A stretch of DNA of 64,000 nucleotides from assembly GCA_000004695.1 (NCBI GenBank), contig CM000155.2, forward strand, positions 2,784,001 to 2,848,000. Direction: 5' to 3'. This DNA is from Dictyostelium discoideum. Its lineage: Eukaryota. The position numbers and the translations under genes are program-made. Below are positions 51,654 to 61,183 of this stretch, in pieces (position 1 is the stretch's first letter; every line of letters starts with the position of its first letter). The notes beneath the pieces are model-generated. The model had not been told where the DNA came from, did not search any database, and was given only the letters and a program-made list of their open reading frames with translations.

Positions 51654-52198
51654 GTAATAATAATGGTAATAATAATGGTAATAATAGTAATGGTAATAGT
51701 AATAATAGTAATGGTAATAATAGTAATAATAAATATAATGTTGTTTTAAAATCAAAATTAGTTGAAATTTTTATAAAGGATTATACAAAATTAGCACCAA
51801 CTATATTTTCAATTCACCATAATAGTGGCACTTATTTAATATCTTGTCAAAATATTGAACAACGTGAAACTTGGGTTAAAGCTATTTTAGAGACAATAGA
51901 GAAATTAATTTCACAAGATAATGAATTGGCAATTAGAAGAAGTAAAATCTCTTTAAAAGGTAGTGATGAATATGGTTGGTATGCTTTCGATTCAGAATGT
52001 CAATCTCAAGATGCAAACCTAATTTCACGTTCTCTTCAAGAGTTGGAGAAGAATCAAGTTTTCACTCCAAAGAAACGTAAATCAATGATTGGTAAAGTAA
52101 AACAAAGAATGTCAAGTGCTTTATCTTCTCCTCATAAAAATCAAAATGTAAAAAGAAATTCTTCATTTGTTTTAAATTCATTATGTAATTATGACTAA
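49626..52198 (+). CDS. RhoGEF (Dbl-homology domain) protein with C-terminal PH-like region, 2 exons, 829 aa
   Basis: Exon 1 is 49626..51119 (Asn/Ser/Thr/Gln-rich N-terminus, coiled-coil QQQLQKQQEEEELQKQLKQINEEQQKLLQEKK, then DH domain ...ESIKEVYTSEFAYIGHLNTVIDQYLLPL...LLIMPIQRIPRYSLLLDAIIRFT...). The intron 51120..51202 runs GTAAGT...TTAAAG. Exon 2 is 51203..52198 (FLDQTHRILIKDSGDNTLQ...). The annotated ORF start at 51206 is a TTG. The 2490 nt are in frame. Confidence 0.8.
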
Positions 52199-52209
52199 AA
52201 TCTAAAAAA

Positions 52210-52242
52210 AAAAAGAAAAAGAAAAAGAAAAAGAAAAAGAAA

Positions 52243-52274
<32 letters not shown>

Positions 52275-52320
52275 AAAAGAAAAAAGGAAAGAAAAGGAAA
52301 GGAAAAGAAAGGAAATCAAA
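52210..52320. repeat. (AAAAAG)n / purine-rich tandem repeat directly after the RhoGEF stop
   Basis: The run is aaaagaaaaagaaaaag... degenerating into (gaaaag)(gaaagg) units. Confidence 0.85.
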
Positions 52321-52489
52321 AAAAAAAAAAAAAAAATCACCTTTGAAATCATTTTAAAAAAAAAAAAATAAGAAACAAATTTACAAAAAAAAAAAATTAA
52401 CCAAATTTAATATTTTTGGTTAAATATATATAATTAATTTAAGAATAAAAAAAGTTAATTCTTTTTTTCAAAATAATGCAACTTCACTA

Positions 52490-52550
52490 AGGTTTTTTTT
52501 TTTTTTTTTTTTGAATTGGATAACGCAATTATTAGTTGCTTCTCCTTGAG
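52490..52550 (-). repeat. Short dispersed repeat family R (poly(A)-terminated on minus strand); other copies at 52725-52774, 53766-53810, 53827-53889, 54855-54900, 56086-56124
   Basis: gaattggataacgcaattatta[g/t]ttgcttctccttgag occurs at least five times, always immediately after a poly-T run on the plus strand. Read on the minus strand this is ...GCGTTATCCAATTC(A)n, the 3' end of a retroelement. One copy (56117-56124) is only 8 nt plus A/T runs. Confidence 0.55.
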
Positions 52551-52862
52551 TTTAAAATTTTTAACTCTATTAAAATGAGAAAAAGTAGGAGAAGCAGGTA
52601 TCGATTGCATTTTCCTTTTAAATAAAGGGAGAAAAAAAGTGACGCCATTCTTATTAAAATAGTTTATTGACAAGTAAACATTAAATCATAATCATTTAAA
52701 ATAATAGTTAATGCAACTTCACTAAGGTTCTTTTTTTTTTTTTTTGAATTAATTATTAGTTGCTTCTCCTTGAGATATAATTTTTTAACTTTTTTTTTGA
52801 ATGAAGTAACGCAAATATAATTTTTTAACTTATTGTTCTATTAAAATTATAATTTCAAAAAA

Positions 52863-52944
52863 GTAAGCTTGCCCGAGCTGGTCTAAGGGGTTGCATTAAG
52901 GCTGCAATATCATTGATACAAGGGTTCGAATCCCTTAGCTTACA
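52863..52944 (+). tRNA. tRNA-Leu (anticodon AAG), long variable arm
   Basis: 82 nt. Acceptor gtaagct/agcttac. D arm tgcccgagctggtctaagggg. Anticodon stem ttgca/tgcaa with loop ttAAGgc. Variable stem-loop atcattgat. T arm aagggttcgaatccctt. Discriminator A. Confidence 0.85.
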
Positions 52945-52974
52945 ATATGTTTAACAAATGAAACTTAAAGTCGT

Positions 52975-52985
52975 GTGTTCGATTC
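52975..52985 (+). promoter_or_regulatory. Candidate external B-box downstream of tRNA-Leu
   Basis: gtgttcgattc lies 31-41 bp after the tRNA 3' end and is near the B-box consensus. Confidence 0.4.
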
Positions 52986-53585
52986 TATCTAAAGATTAGA
53001 AAGGTCTTTGAGCAAAGAGAAAAAAGTTTTTAAGTTTACATTCAGGAAGGCCACAAATTATCAAGAATCCAATAGATTGATTCAACCCATTGTAGTCTCC
53101 TTACCAGTCATATAATCAACAACAGTTTCATAATTTATTTTATCAATTTAATTCAATTAAAATACTGGTTAGAATTTAATTTCAGTCAAAATCCAAATTG
53201 GTTACTTTATTTTCAAATTACTAAATTCAAATTAATATATAGTTAATTTAAATAAACTCATTTTTATAAAATAGAATTAAAACCATTATATACTTCAGTT
53301 AATTTATAATTCAATTAATTTATTAAATAAATATATAAACAAACAAATAAATAAAAAACAAATAAATAAAAAACAAATAAATAAAAAACAAATATAATAA
53401 ATAAATAAAAAAATAAATAAATAAATAAATAAATAAAAAAATAAAAAAATAAACAAATAAATAAATAAATAAGTAAAGTTTAATTAAATATATTAATAAA
53501 AAAAAAAAAGAAAAAAATATTAAAAAAGATTCAACCAACCACTTCTGCTGCATAATCATGTAGTAAACAAAAAAACCATCAGCAT

Positions 53586-53632
53586 GTCAGGTTGGCTGAG
53601 TTGGTAGAGTGTAGGCCTCATAATCCTAAGGT
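53586..53632 (+). pseudogene. 5'-half tRNA-Met(CAT) fragment (truncated after anticodon arm)
   Basis: gtcaggttggctgagttggtagagtgtaggcctcataatcctaaggt equals the first 47 nt of the intact tRNA-Met at 56202, with 3 substitutions, and includes a similar 12-nt upstream flank (ccatcaRcatg). There is no T arm and no acceptor 3' strand. Confidence 0.5.
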
Positions 53633-53956
53633 AGAGCCCATTTTTCCAATTTTAACCTATAAATAATAATTAGGCCACTCAATTAAATAAAAATAGAAAA
53701 AATAATTGACACACATTTAAGATATGTTAGTGAAAGTCTGTTTCATTATAAAAGAAATATCACTTTATTTTTTTTGAATTGGAAAAGGCAATTATAATTA
53801 GTTACAAAGTTAAAAAAAAATCCCTTTTTTTTTTTTTTTTTTTTTTTTTTTGAATTGGATAACGCAATTATTATTTGCTTCTCCTTGAGATGCTAGATCT
53901 CATTTTATTTTATTTTTTTTTTTTTTTACAGGGTCTCTAAAAGAGGGGTTGGTTTA

Positions 53957-53987
<31 letters not shown>

Positions 53988-54286
53988 GGTTCCGAATTTT
54001 GAATTGTATTATTACTTTTGATTAAAACATCTTTTTTTGTCCAAACTTTTTTCTAAATCTTTTTTTATTTTATGGGCTGGTTCGGGATTGATGTTTATGA
54101 CGTATTTGAATTGTTTTTTTTTTAATTGAGTTTTATCCACAATTTCCCTTTTTTTTTGAGGCCATTTGGGTTGCTTAATATTTGGGGGGGTGGTTGGGAT
54201 TTTCCATTTTATTTTCTTTCTATCTTTTTTATTTTTCTTTAAAAAGTTAAAAATCTGGAAATTTTTTGATTAACTTGGGTTCCCAG

Positions 54287-54336
<50 letters not shown>

Positions 54337-54353
<17 letters not shown>

Positions 54354-54836
54354 TTATAGAAAGTACTGAGTGAATTATTGTATTTTTTGAGATGTTTAGG
54401 AAGTTCTATTGCGTGAAGAGGTGAGTTCCATTGTCTGCTAAATTGTAATAGCTTTAGCGAGATTAGTGAGTCTAATTTATTTTGTTCTTCTGGCCGTTGC
54501 TTTGATTTGATTCTTAATGTTTTGTTTATAACCGCTTGTGTCCTGTCCCATGCAGCTCTTTGTGTTTTAATTAGTTCACGTATGACTTGTTGTCTGTGAA
54601 TTATTATTTCTTTTTCATCGTGAATGAGTTTATTTCTTTTGTGCCAGATTTTATCGAATATAATAGCTATTAAATTGGCTACTAGTGCAATTTGTAGATG
54701 GTTTAAAATCTTCACATTCCAGGTGTGAGTGGTGTGTCCACACTTAGTTAGGGTGTAGTTGAAGATTTCTTGTGTGTTTTTGATGTGGGCTTTGCAGTTG
54801 AAGAATATATGTTCTGAGGTCTCATCTTCCCCACAA
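54337..54836 (-). mobile_element. 3'-terminal fragment of a TRE-type (tRNA-gene-targeted, non-LTR/LINE-like) retroelement, copy 1, 5'-truncated
   Basis: About 95% identical to 55315-55815. It encodes the same C-terminal ORF2 tail (121-aa ORF 54350..54715) and ends in poly(A), seen as poly-T 54290-54350 on the plus strand. The adjacent 54100-54300 is low quality. Confidence 0.6.
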
Positions 54837-55151
54837 ATTTTAATTACAAAACTTTTTTTTTTGAATTGGATAACGCAATTATTATTTGCTTCTCCTTGAG
54901 ATGCTAGATCTCATTTTATTTTTTTTTTTTTTTTACAGGGTCTTTTTGATTAAAACATCTTTTTTGTCCAAACTTTTTTCTAAATCTTTTTTTATTTTAT
55001 CGTCTGGTTCGTGATTGATGTTTATGACGTATTTGAATTGTTTTTTTTTTTTTTTAATTGAGTTTTATCCACAATTTCGCTTATTTTTTGTAGGCACCTG
55101 TGCTGCTTAATATTTGTGGTGTTCCAATTGCATCAACAAACCATTATCTGT

Positions 55152-55251
55152 NNNNNNNNNNNNNNNNNNNNNNNNNNNNNNNNNNNNNNNNNNNNNNNNN
55201 NNNNNNNNNNNNNNNNNNNNNNNNNNNNNNNNNNNNNNNNNNNNNNNNNNN
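55152..55251. other. Assembly gap (100 N) inside the retroelement/tRNA cluster
   Basis: A run of 100 n sitting between two copies of a composite repeat. Confidence 0.99.
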
Positions 55252-55256
55252 TTTTT

Positions 55257-55261
<5 letters not shown>

Positions 55262-55316
<55 letters not shown>

Positions 55317-56062
55317 TTATAGAAAGTACTGAGTGAATTATTGTATTTTTTGAGATGTTTAGGAAGTTCTATTGCGTGAAGAGGTGAGTTCCATTGTCTG
55401 CTAAATTGTAATAGCTTTAGCGAGATTAGTGAGTCTAATTTATTTTGTTCTTCTGGCCGTTGCTTTGATTTGATTCTTAATGTTTTGTTTATAACCGCTT
55501 GTGTCCTGTCCCAAGCAGCTCTTTGTGTTTTAATTAGTTCACGTATGACTTGTTGTCTGTGAATTATTATTTCTTTTTCATCGTGAATGAGTTTATTTCT
55601 TTTGTACCAGATTTTTTCGAATATAATAGCTATTAAATTGGCTACTAGTGCAATTTGTAGATGGTTTAAAATCTTCACATTCCAGGTGTGAGTGGTGTGT
55701 CCACACTTAGTTAGGGTGTAGTTGAAGATTTCTTGTGTGTTTTTGATGTGGGCTTTGCAGTTGAAGAATATATGTTCTGAAGTCTCATCTTCCCCACACT
55801 GTTGGCATGGCATGTTGTATATTTTTGGTAGTGCTTTCAGTGTGTATCTCCATAATAGATCTCTACCTTTCATGTTTATTATTTTTTTGATTTCTTTAAA
55901 TGGAAGGTGTTTGCTATTAATTTTGGTCATTATTTCTTTTTGGCCAGGAGTTGGTATGAATTTGTTGTGTTCAGGAGATTGAGTTGTCATCATATCCTCG
56001 TATATTTTTTTTAATTTTGGGAGGTGTTCGTAGTGTGTTTGTTTATTTTGTGGAGTTTTTAA
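55262..56062 (-). mobile_element. 3'-terminal fragment of a TRE-type non-LTR retroelement, copy 2 (ORF2 C-terminus with Cys-rich CCHC-like motif, 3' UTR, poly(A))
   Basis: The minus-strand ORF stays open from about 56062 down to 55313 (...KTPQNKQTHYEHLPKLKKIYEDMMTTQSPEH...CQQCGEDETSEHIFFNCKAH...). It is followed by a 3' UTR ending in ctcagtactttctataaata, then a poly(A) of more than 50 nt (plus-strand T run 55262-55314). Its 5' end lies about 140 bp upstream of tRNA-Met(+) in head-to-head orientation, as expected for TRE5-class elements. Confidence 0.65.
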
Positions 56063-56082
56063 TTGGGTCTAAAAAAAATCCC

Positions 56083-56117
<35 letters not shown>

Positions 56118-56121
56118 AATT

Positions 56122-56167
<46 letters not shown>

Positions 56168-56201
56168 GATCAAGCAGTAAAAAACAAAATTCCATCAACA
56201 T

Positions 56202-56274
56202 GTCAGGTTGGCTCAGTTGGTAGAGCGTAGGTCTCATAATCCTAAGGTCCAGAGTTCGATCCTCTGACTTGACA
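56202..56274 (+). tRNA. tRNA-Met (anticodon CAT), elongator type
   Basis: 73 nt. Acceptor gtcaggt/acttgac (one G-U pair). D arm ggctcagttggtagagc. Anticodon stem taggt/tccta with a U31-U39 mismatch as in metazoan elongator Met. Loop ctCATaa. T arm cagagttcgatcctctg. Discriminator A. A T5 run at 56276-56280 follows. Confidence 0.85.
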
Positions 56275-56275
56275 C

Positions 56276-56280
56276 TTTTT
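56276..56280 (+). terminator. Pol III oligo(dT) terminator after tRNA-Met
   Basis: A ttttt run 2 nt after the tRNA end. Confidence 0.5.
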
Positions 56281-56391
56281 AAAATCCACAAATGACGATT
56301 AGTAATTAAAAAAAAAACACATTACACCGCTTTTAGGTAAAAAAAAAAAAAAACAAAACAAACACATAAATCAAAAATTTTTGTAAAATTC

Positions 56392-56462
56392 GCCGTGATA
56401 GTATAGTGGTAGTACATCAGATTGTGGCTCTGTTGACCCTGGTTCGATTCCAGGTCGCGGCA
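56392..56462 (+). tRNA. tRNA-His (anticodon GTG)
   Basis: 71 nt. Acceptor gccgtga/tcgcggc. D arm gtat/agtggta/gtac. Anticodon loop ttGTGgc. T arm cctggttcgattccagg. Discriminator A. Nearly collinear with metazoan tRNA-His. G-1 is not encoded, as expected in eukaryotes. A T6 run at 56464-56469 follows. Confidence 0.85.
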
Positions 56463-56463
56463 C

Positions 56464-56469
56464 TTTTTT
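56464..56469 (+). terminator. Pol III oligo(dT) terminator after tRNA-His
   Basis: A tttttt run 2 nt after the tRNA end. Confidence 0.5.
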
Positions 56470-56625
56470 AGATACTTTACGAAGTTCGGTTTGTTAAAAC
56501 CGAAAATAAAAATAAAATAAAATAAAATATAAAAACAATTTTTCGTTTTTCGAAAAATCAGTTTTACGTTTTTATACTTTCGCAAACAAATAATACTTTC
56601 ATTGTTTTAAATTATCTCTTTCATT

Positions 56626-56667
56626 AAATAATGTGGTATTGTTAAATTTAACAATACCACATTATTT
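56626..56667. repeat. Perfect 42-bp palindrome (21-bp arms, no spacer) followed by an orphan consensus B-box
   Basis: aaataatgtggtattgttaaa|tttaacaataccacattattt is an exact reverse complement. ggttcgattcc (B-box consensus) follows at 56676-56686, then a T5 run. Confidence 0.8.
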
Positions 56668-57032
56668 GGACCAATGGTTCGATTCCCATTTTTGAAAGTA
56701 CAAACATCCAATTAAAAATGTGGGCTATTGTGATTGGGTGAATATTTTTTTTCTGAGATACGTGGTTGAATGATGAATTCCTCTGAAGTTTATAGCTTTT
56801 GTGGAACAAAATAGGTGAAAAACTCTCATTCTCAAATGGCACAAAACATAATATTGAAAATAAAAAAAACACAATTAACCAAAAAAAAGTTTAAAAAAAA
56901 AAAAAAAAAAAAAAAGGTATCTTTATAGAGTTTTATAATTTAAAAAAAACCCATAATATCTTTTTTATTTAAAAGAATTTTTTTTTTTTTAAATTAATAA
57001 AAGTACAAATTATAAATACAATATAAATTTTA

Positions 57033-58064
57033 TTAATCGGAAAGAAAAGAAACATCACAATAATAACGTTTACATCCATAAGGTCTTTCCGAAAATGAAA
57101 ATAATTTATAACCTTTAGGGCATAAAGGAGTTGGAATATCATTACATTTTTCATAATTTAATTTGCCATCATTTTTAATATTATTATTTATACAACCACT
57201 AAAATATAAACATCTTGAATAATCTCGATGGAATGTTGGTAATAATATTGAATGATTTTGATTTTCAAAAGAAGAATTAGTTTTATCCTGACTATTATCT
57301 TCTTGATCACTACTACATATATTACTAATATTAAAATCTAAACAATTATTTGAATCAATTAATGGAATATTAATATAAATTTTAGTGATTTGAAAGTTTT
57401 TATTATTTTGATCCATAAATCCAAAGCTAATTGTTTTTGAATTTGTAATAACATTATTTAACCAACCGATATCTAAATTGTAAATTGATTTACTATACAT
57501 TTCTGTAAAATTCATTAATTGAAATTGATAATTTAAATTTAATGATTTAGCAATAAATGGATAAAATTGATTATTTTTATTTTTATTATTTTTATTACTA
57601 TTAGATGAATATAAATTATCAATAAAATTAAAAATTCCAGAATTTTGATTATTATTTTCATTTATAGTTAGATATTGATATTTTCTATTAAATAATTGTG
57701 GACCATATAATTTTTCACCACCATTGGTATAAATTAAACGTGTTGCATTGTAAACTTGAAAATAATTAAATTTTGGATAAGATCTTATTAATCCACCCAA
57801 AATTAAATCATCTGTAAAGGCCAATGTAATTAATGACATATTAAAATTTACAATTGATGGGTCCAATGATATTGAAGAAACATAAACTGCACTCATCCCA
57901 ACATTTACTCTTTGTAACCAATAACCACCACATTTTGGAAATTCACAATCTCTATCATCCAATTTTACTTTATAAAATATAAAATCTTTTTCTGATAATC
58001 CATTTATTAATTTTAAATTTAAAAAAAATAAAATTAATTTTAAAATTATTATTTTTTTTAACAT
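57033..58064 (-). CDS. Lineage-specific secreted Cys-rich protein, 343 aa
   Basis: Single exon. Signal peptide MLKKIIILKLILFFLNLKLINGLS. At least 14 Cys, including CEFPKCGGYW and a C-terminal CPKGYKLFSFSERPYGCKRYYC. Many N-glycosylation sequons. I recognise no family. Confidence 0.55.
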   Translation of the reverse strand: MLKKIIILKLILFFLNLKLINGLSEKDFIFYKVKLDDRDCEFPKCGGYWLQRVNVGMSAVYVSSISLDPSIVNFNMSLITLAFTDDLILGGLIRSYPKFNYFQVYNATRLIYTNGGEKLYGPQLFNRKYQYLTINENNNQNSGIFNFIDNLYSSNSNKNNKNKNNQFYPFIAKSLNLNYQFQLMNFTEMYSKSIYNLDIGWLNNVITNSKTISFGFMDQNNKNFQITKIYINIPLIDSNNCLDFNISNICSSDQEDNSQDKTNSSFENQNHSILLPTFHRDYSRCLYFSGCINNNIKNDGKLNYEKCNDIPTPLCPKGYKLFSFSERPYGCKRYYCDVSFLSD

Positions 58065-58292
58065 TTTATTTTTATATTTATTTAAACTTTTTTTTTTTTT
58101 TTTTAAAAGTTATATTACAATTTATAAAAAATGTTTTTAAATTTGTTTTTTTTATTATTTTGTATTTTTAAAAAATTAAATAAATAAAATAAATAAATAA
58201 AAAAAATAAATAAAAAAAATAAATAAATAAATTATTTTGATTTAAAATATTTTATCATTATTTAATTCAAATTAAATATGGCTTAAGGATTA

Positions 58293-58392
58293 NNNNNNNN
58301 NNNNNNNNNNNNNNNNNNNNNNNNNNNNNNNNNNNNNNNNNNNNNNNNNNNNNNNNNNNNNNNNNNNNNNNNNNNNNNNNNNNNNNNNNNNN
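58293..58392. other. Assembly gap (100 N)
   Basis: A run of 100 n. Arm B of the inverted duplication begins immediately to its right. Confidence 0.99.
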
Positions 58393-58557
58393 CCAAATAA
58401 TAATAATACAAATAATAATAATAATAATAATAATAATAGTAAATTAACTATAAATGATTATTCAAATAGGATTGGCTCAATTTCAACAGCATATAATAAT
58501 AATAATAATACTTTATCTTTAGCAATTAGTTCTTCATGTCATTTATTCCTTTATAGG
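58393..58557 (+). pseudogene. Duplicated 3'-terminal fragment of the PP2A-B55 gene (last ~54 codons + stop), cut by the gap
   Basis: Identical to the reverse complement of 8033..8200 (...NNNNNNNNNSKLTINDYSNRIGSISTAYNNNNNTLSLAISSSCHLFLYR*). There is no upstream coding continuation across the gap. Confidence 0.5.
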
Positions 58558-58897
58558 TAAAATCATTTATTTTATTTGATAGGTTAAAAAAAAAAAAAAA
58601 AAATGTATATATTTAGAAAGAAAAAAAGAAATGCAATTGTAAGAGTTAATTCTCTTATAATTAAATAAATAAAAAACTAATATTTAGTTTTTTTTATTGT
58701 TTTTTTTTTTAAAAAAAAAAGGATTCTATTGTTTTTAGTTTTTTTTTTTTTTTTTAATTGTTTTTTATTTTTTGTTTTTTTTTTTTGTTATTTTTTTTTT
58801 TAATTTTTTTTTTTTTTTTTTTTTTTGTTTTTTGTCATTAAATGACGATTGTATTATTATATTATATATTTATTATTATTGATTTTTTTTATTCGAT

Positions 58898-59374
58898 TTA
58901 ATAGAAGGTTGGACCAGAAATCTTTTTACATTCTAAGAAAGATTCGTAAACCCATTGGCATGAATTGATATCGCTTTGGTTCTTTTCTAAACAAGTCATA
59001 AAAGATTTGTATAATGGGTTGCAAGCATTTTCGGTTTGTTGTTGGTTATTGCTCATCATTGATTGTTGTTGTTGTTGTTGTTGAGTGTCGACATTATTGT
59101 TATCTGAACCACCAAAGAGTGATGAAACACCACCAACAAGGGCGTGACCAACTACGCTACCAGCCATAGCACCAGCCATTGAGCTACCCATTGTTGCTAA
59201 CATACCTGGACCTTGGACAACAACTGGTTGAGCTGGTGTAGTGGCAGCTGGGGTTGTAGCAGCTGGAGTTGTTTTAGCTGGTGCTGATGTGGTTGTTGGT
59301 TTTGATGCTGTAGTTGGTTTTGATGCTGGTTTTGAAACTGATCTTGATGATGCTCCACGTCTTGAACCTGCCAT
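58898..59374 (-). CDS. CHCH-domain protein (twin Cx9C), copy B, identical to 7219..7695
   Basis: The 158-aa translation is identical to copy A. Flanking 5' and 3' sequences are also identical. Confidence 0.75.
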   Translation of the reverse strand: MAGSRRGASSRSVSKPASKPTTASKPTTTSAPAKTTPAATTPAATTPAQPVVVQGPGMLATMGSSMAGAMAGSVVGHALVGGVSSLFGGSDNNNVDTQQQQQQQSMMSNNQQQTENACNPLYKSFMTCLEKNQSDINSCQWVYESFLECKKISGPTFY

Positions 59375-59757
59375 TTTTTTATATTTATTATTTATATTAA
59401 TTTATTTGAGAAAGGAGTATAAAAATTCTTTAATAAAAAATTTTATATGTAATGTTATATGAAAGTGTATGAAATTTAAAAATAAAAAAAAAAAAAAAAA
59501 AATTTAAAAGTTTTTTAAAAAAAAAAATGAAAAAAAAAAAAAAAAAATAAAAAAAAATAAAAAAAATAAAAAAATTAAAAAAAAATAAAAAAAAAAAGTT
59601 TTTGGGATAGTAGATTACATGTAATTATTATTTCAACAAAATTCCAATTAAAATTCATATATTTTAGGTGTCATTTGAATTCAACAAATAATTTTAAAAT
59701 TATTTATTTTATTTTTAAATTTTAAAAAAATAAAATAAAATAAAACAAAACAAAATA

Positions 59758-59795
<38 letters not shown>

Positions 59796-60114
59796 ATAAA
59801 AAATTAAGAAATAAAATAAAACTTAAATTTTTATTAATAAATTTATTATTTTAAAATTTTTAATAAAAATGATAAATAAGATTTTTAATAAAAATAGAAA
59901 AAAATAAATAAAAATGGAATTTAATTAAAATTAATTTAATTGGGGTGTTTAGAAAAAAAAAAAAAAAAAAAAAAAAAACGAACGAAAATTTTTTTTTTTT
60001 TTTTTTTTTCATTTTTTAAAATTTTCGTCGGTTTTTTGTTTTTATTTATTTATTTTTTTTTTTTTTTCTTTGTTGTTGTGTAATAATAAATAAATTATAA
60101 ATAGAAATATAAAT

Positions 60115-61138
60115 ATGGATAGTTTTTTTATAAAACCAGGAACAGCTCATACACTTTCATCAAACAGAGCAGGTGCTAAAAATGTAGTTGATACAAGAAT
60201 AAATTCTAGACCATCATCAAATCGTGGTGGTAGAGGTGGAGGTATGTCATCATCTCGTGGTGGTGGTGGTAGAGGTGGTAGAGGTGGATTCATGTCATCA
60301 TCTCGTGGTGGTGGTAGAGGTGGATCTATGTCATCATCTCGTGGTGGTGGTAGAGGCGGAGCTATGTCATCATCCCGTGGTGGTGGTAAATTCAGAGAAA
60401 GAGAATCAGCAACAAATGACACAACAAATAAATATAGAGATAGTAAAAATAATTATAAAAGAAAATTATCAACAGAAAAAGATGATTATTATGATTCAGA
60501 TGATAATCAAGATGATGAAGATAATGAAAAACCATCTGATGAAGAATCAGATGATAATAATAATAATATTAAAAATAATTTCAAAAATAATATAGCAGTT
60601 AAAAAGAATATAAATAAATATAAAAATATAGATTCTGATGATCAATCAGACGATGATGATGATGATGATAATAATAATGGAGAAATTGAAGAATTTCATT
60701 CAGGTGATGAGGATAGATTTAATAGTGAAAATGATTCAGAAGAAGATAAATCATCAATTAAAAAGAGATTAAAATTATCAGTTGTTCAAGAAGATGAAAC
60801 TACTGATGAAAGACGTCTTAGATTAGCAAATGAATATTTAGAGAAAATTAGAAAAACTAAACAAGATTTAGATTTAAATGATGCAGTTAAAGATGATTTA
60901 GATAAATCTTCTGGAAGATATCAATATTCATATCGTCAACAAGTTTCAAATATTAAATTCATTGAAAACTCTTCAAATATAACAATACTCAAAGGTCATT
61001 CTTCACCAATTACTTGTATAGTTTTATCTGATGATCAATCAATTGCATATTCAGCATCACGTGATATAATTATAAAATGTAAAATATATTTAAATATATA
61101 TTTTCAATAATAATCATTTTTTATAATAGTAATATTAA

Positions 61139-61183
<45 letters not shown>

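Larger units (their letters stand above)
58393..59590. repeat. Arm B of the inverted duplication (partner 6999..8200)
   Basis: See arm A. The exact end near 59590 is blurred by homopolymer length differences. Confidence 0.85.

Noticed and set aside
52455-52673. 72-aa ORF 52455..52673(-)
   Set aside because: It lies across repeat R and flanking spacer, with a poly-Lys run from an A-tract, and has no homology. It is likely non-coding retroelement debris.
56470-56520. External B-box downstream of tRNA-His (agttcggtttg)
   Set aside because: It is too degenerate relative to GGTTCGANTCC. Only the tRNA-Leu and tRNA-Ile candidates and the orphan consensus box at 56676 are reported.
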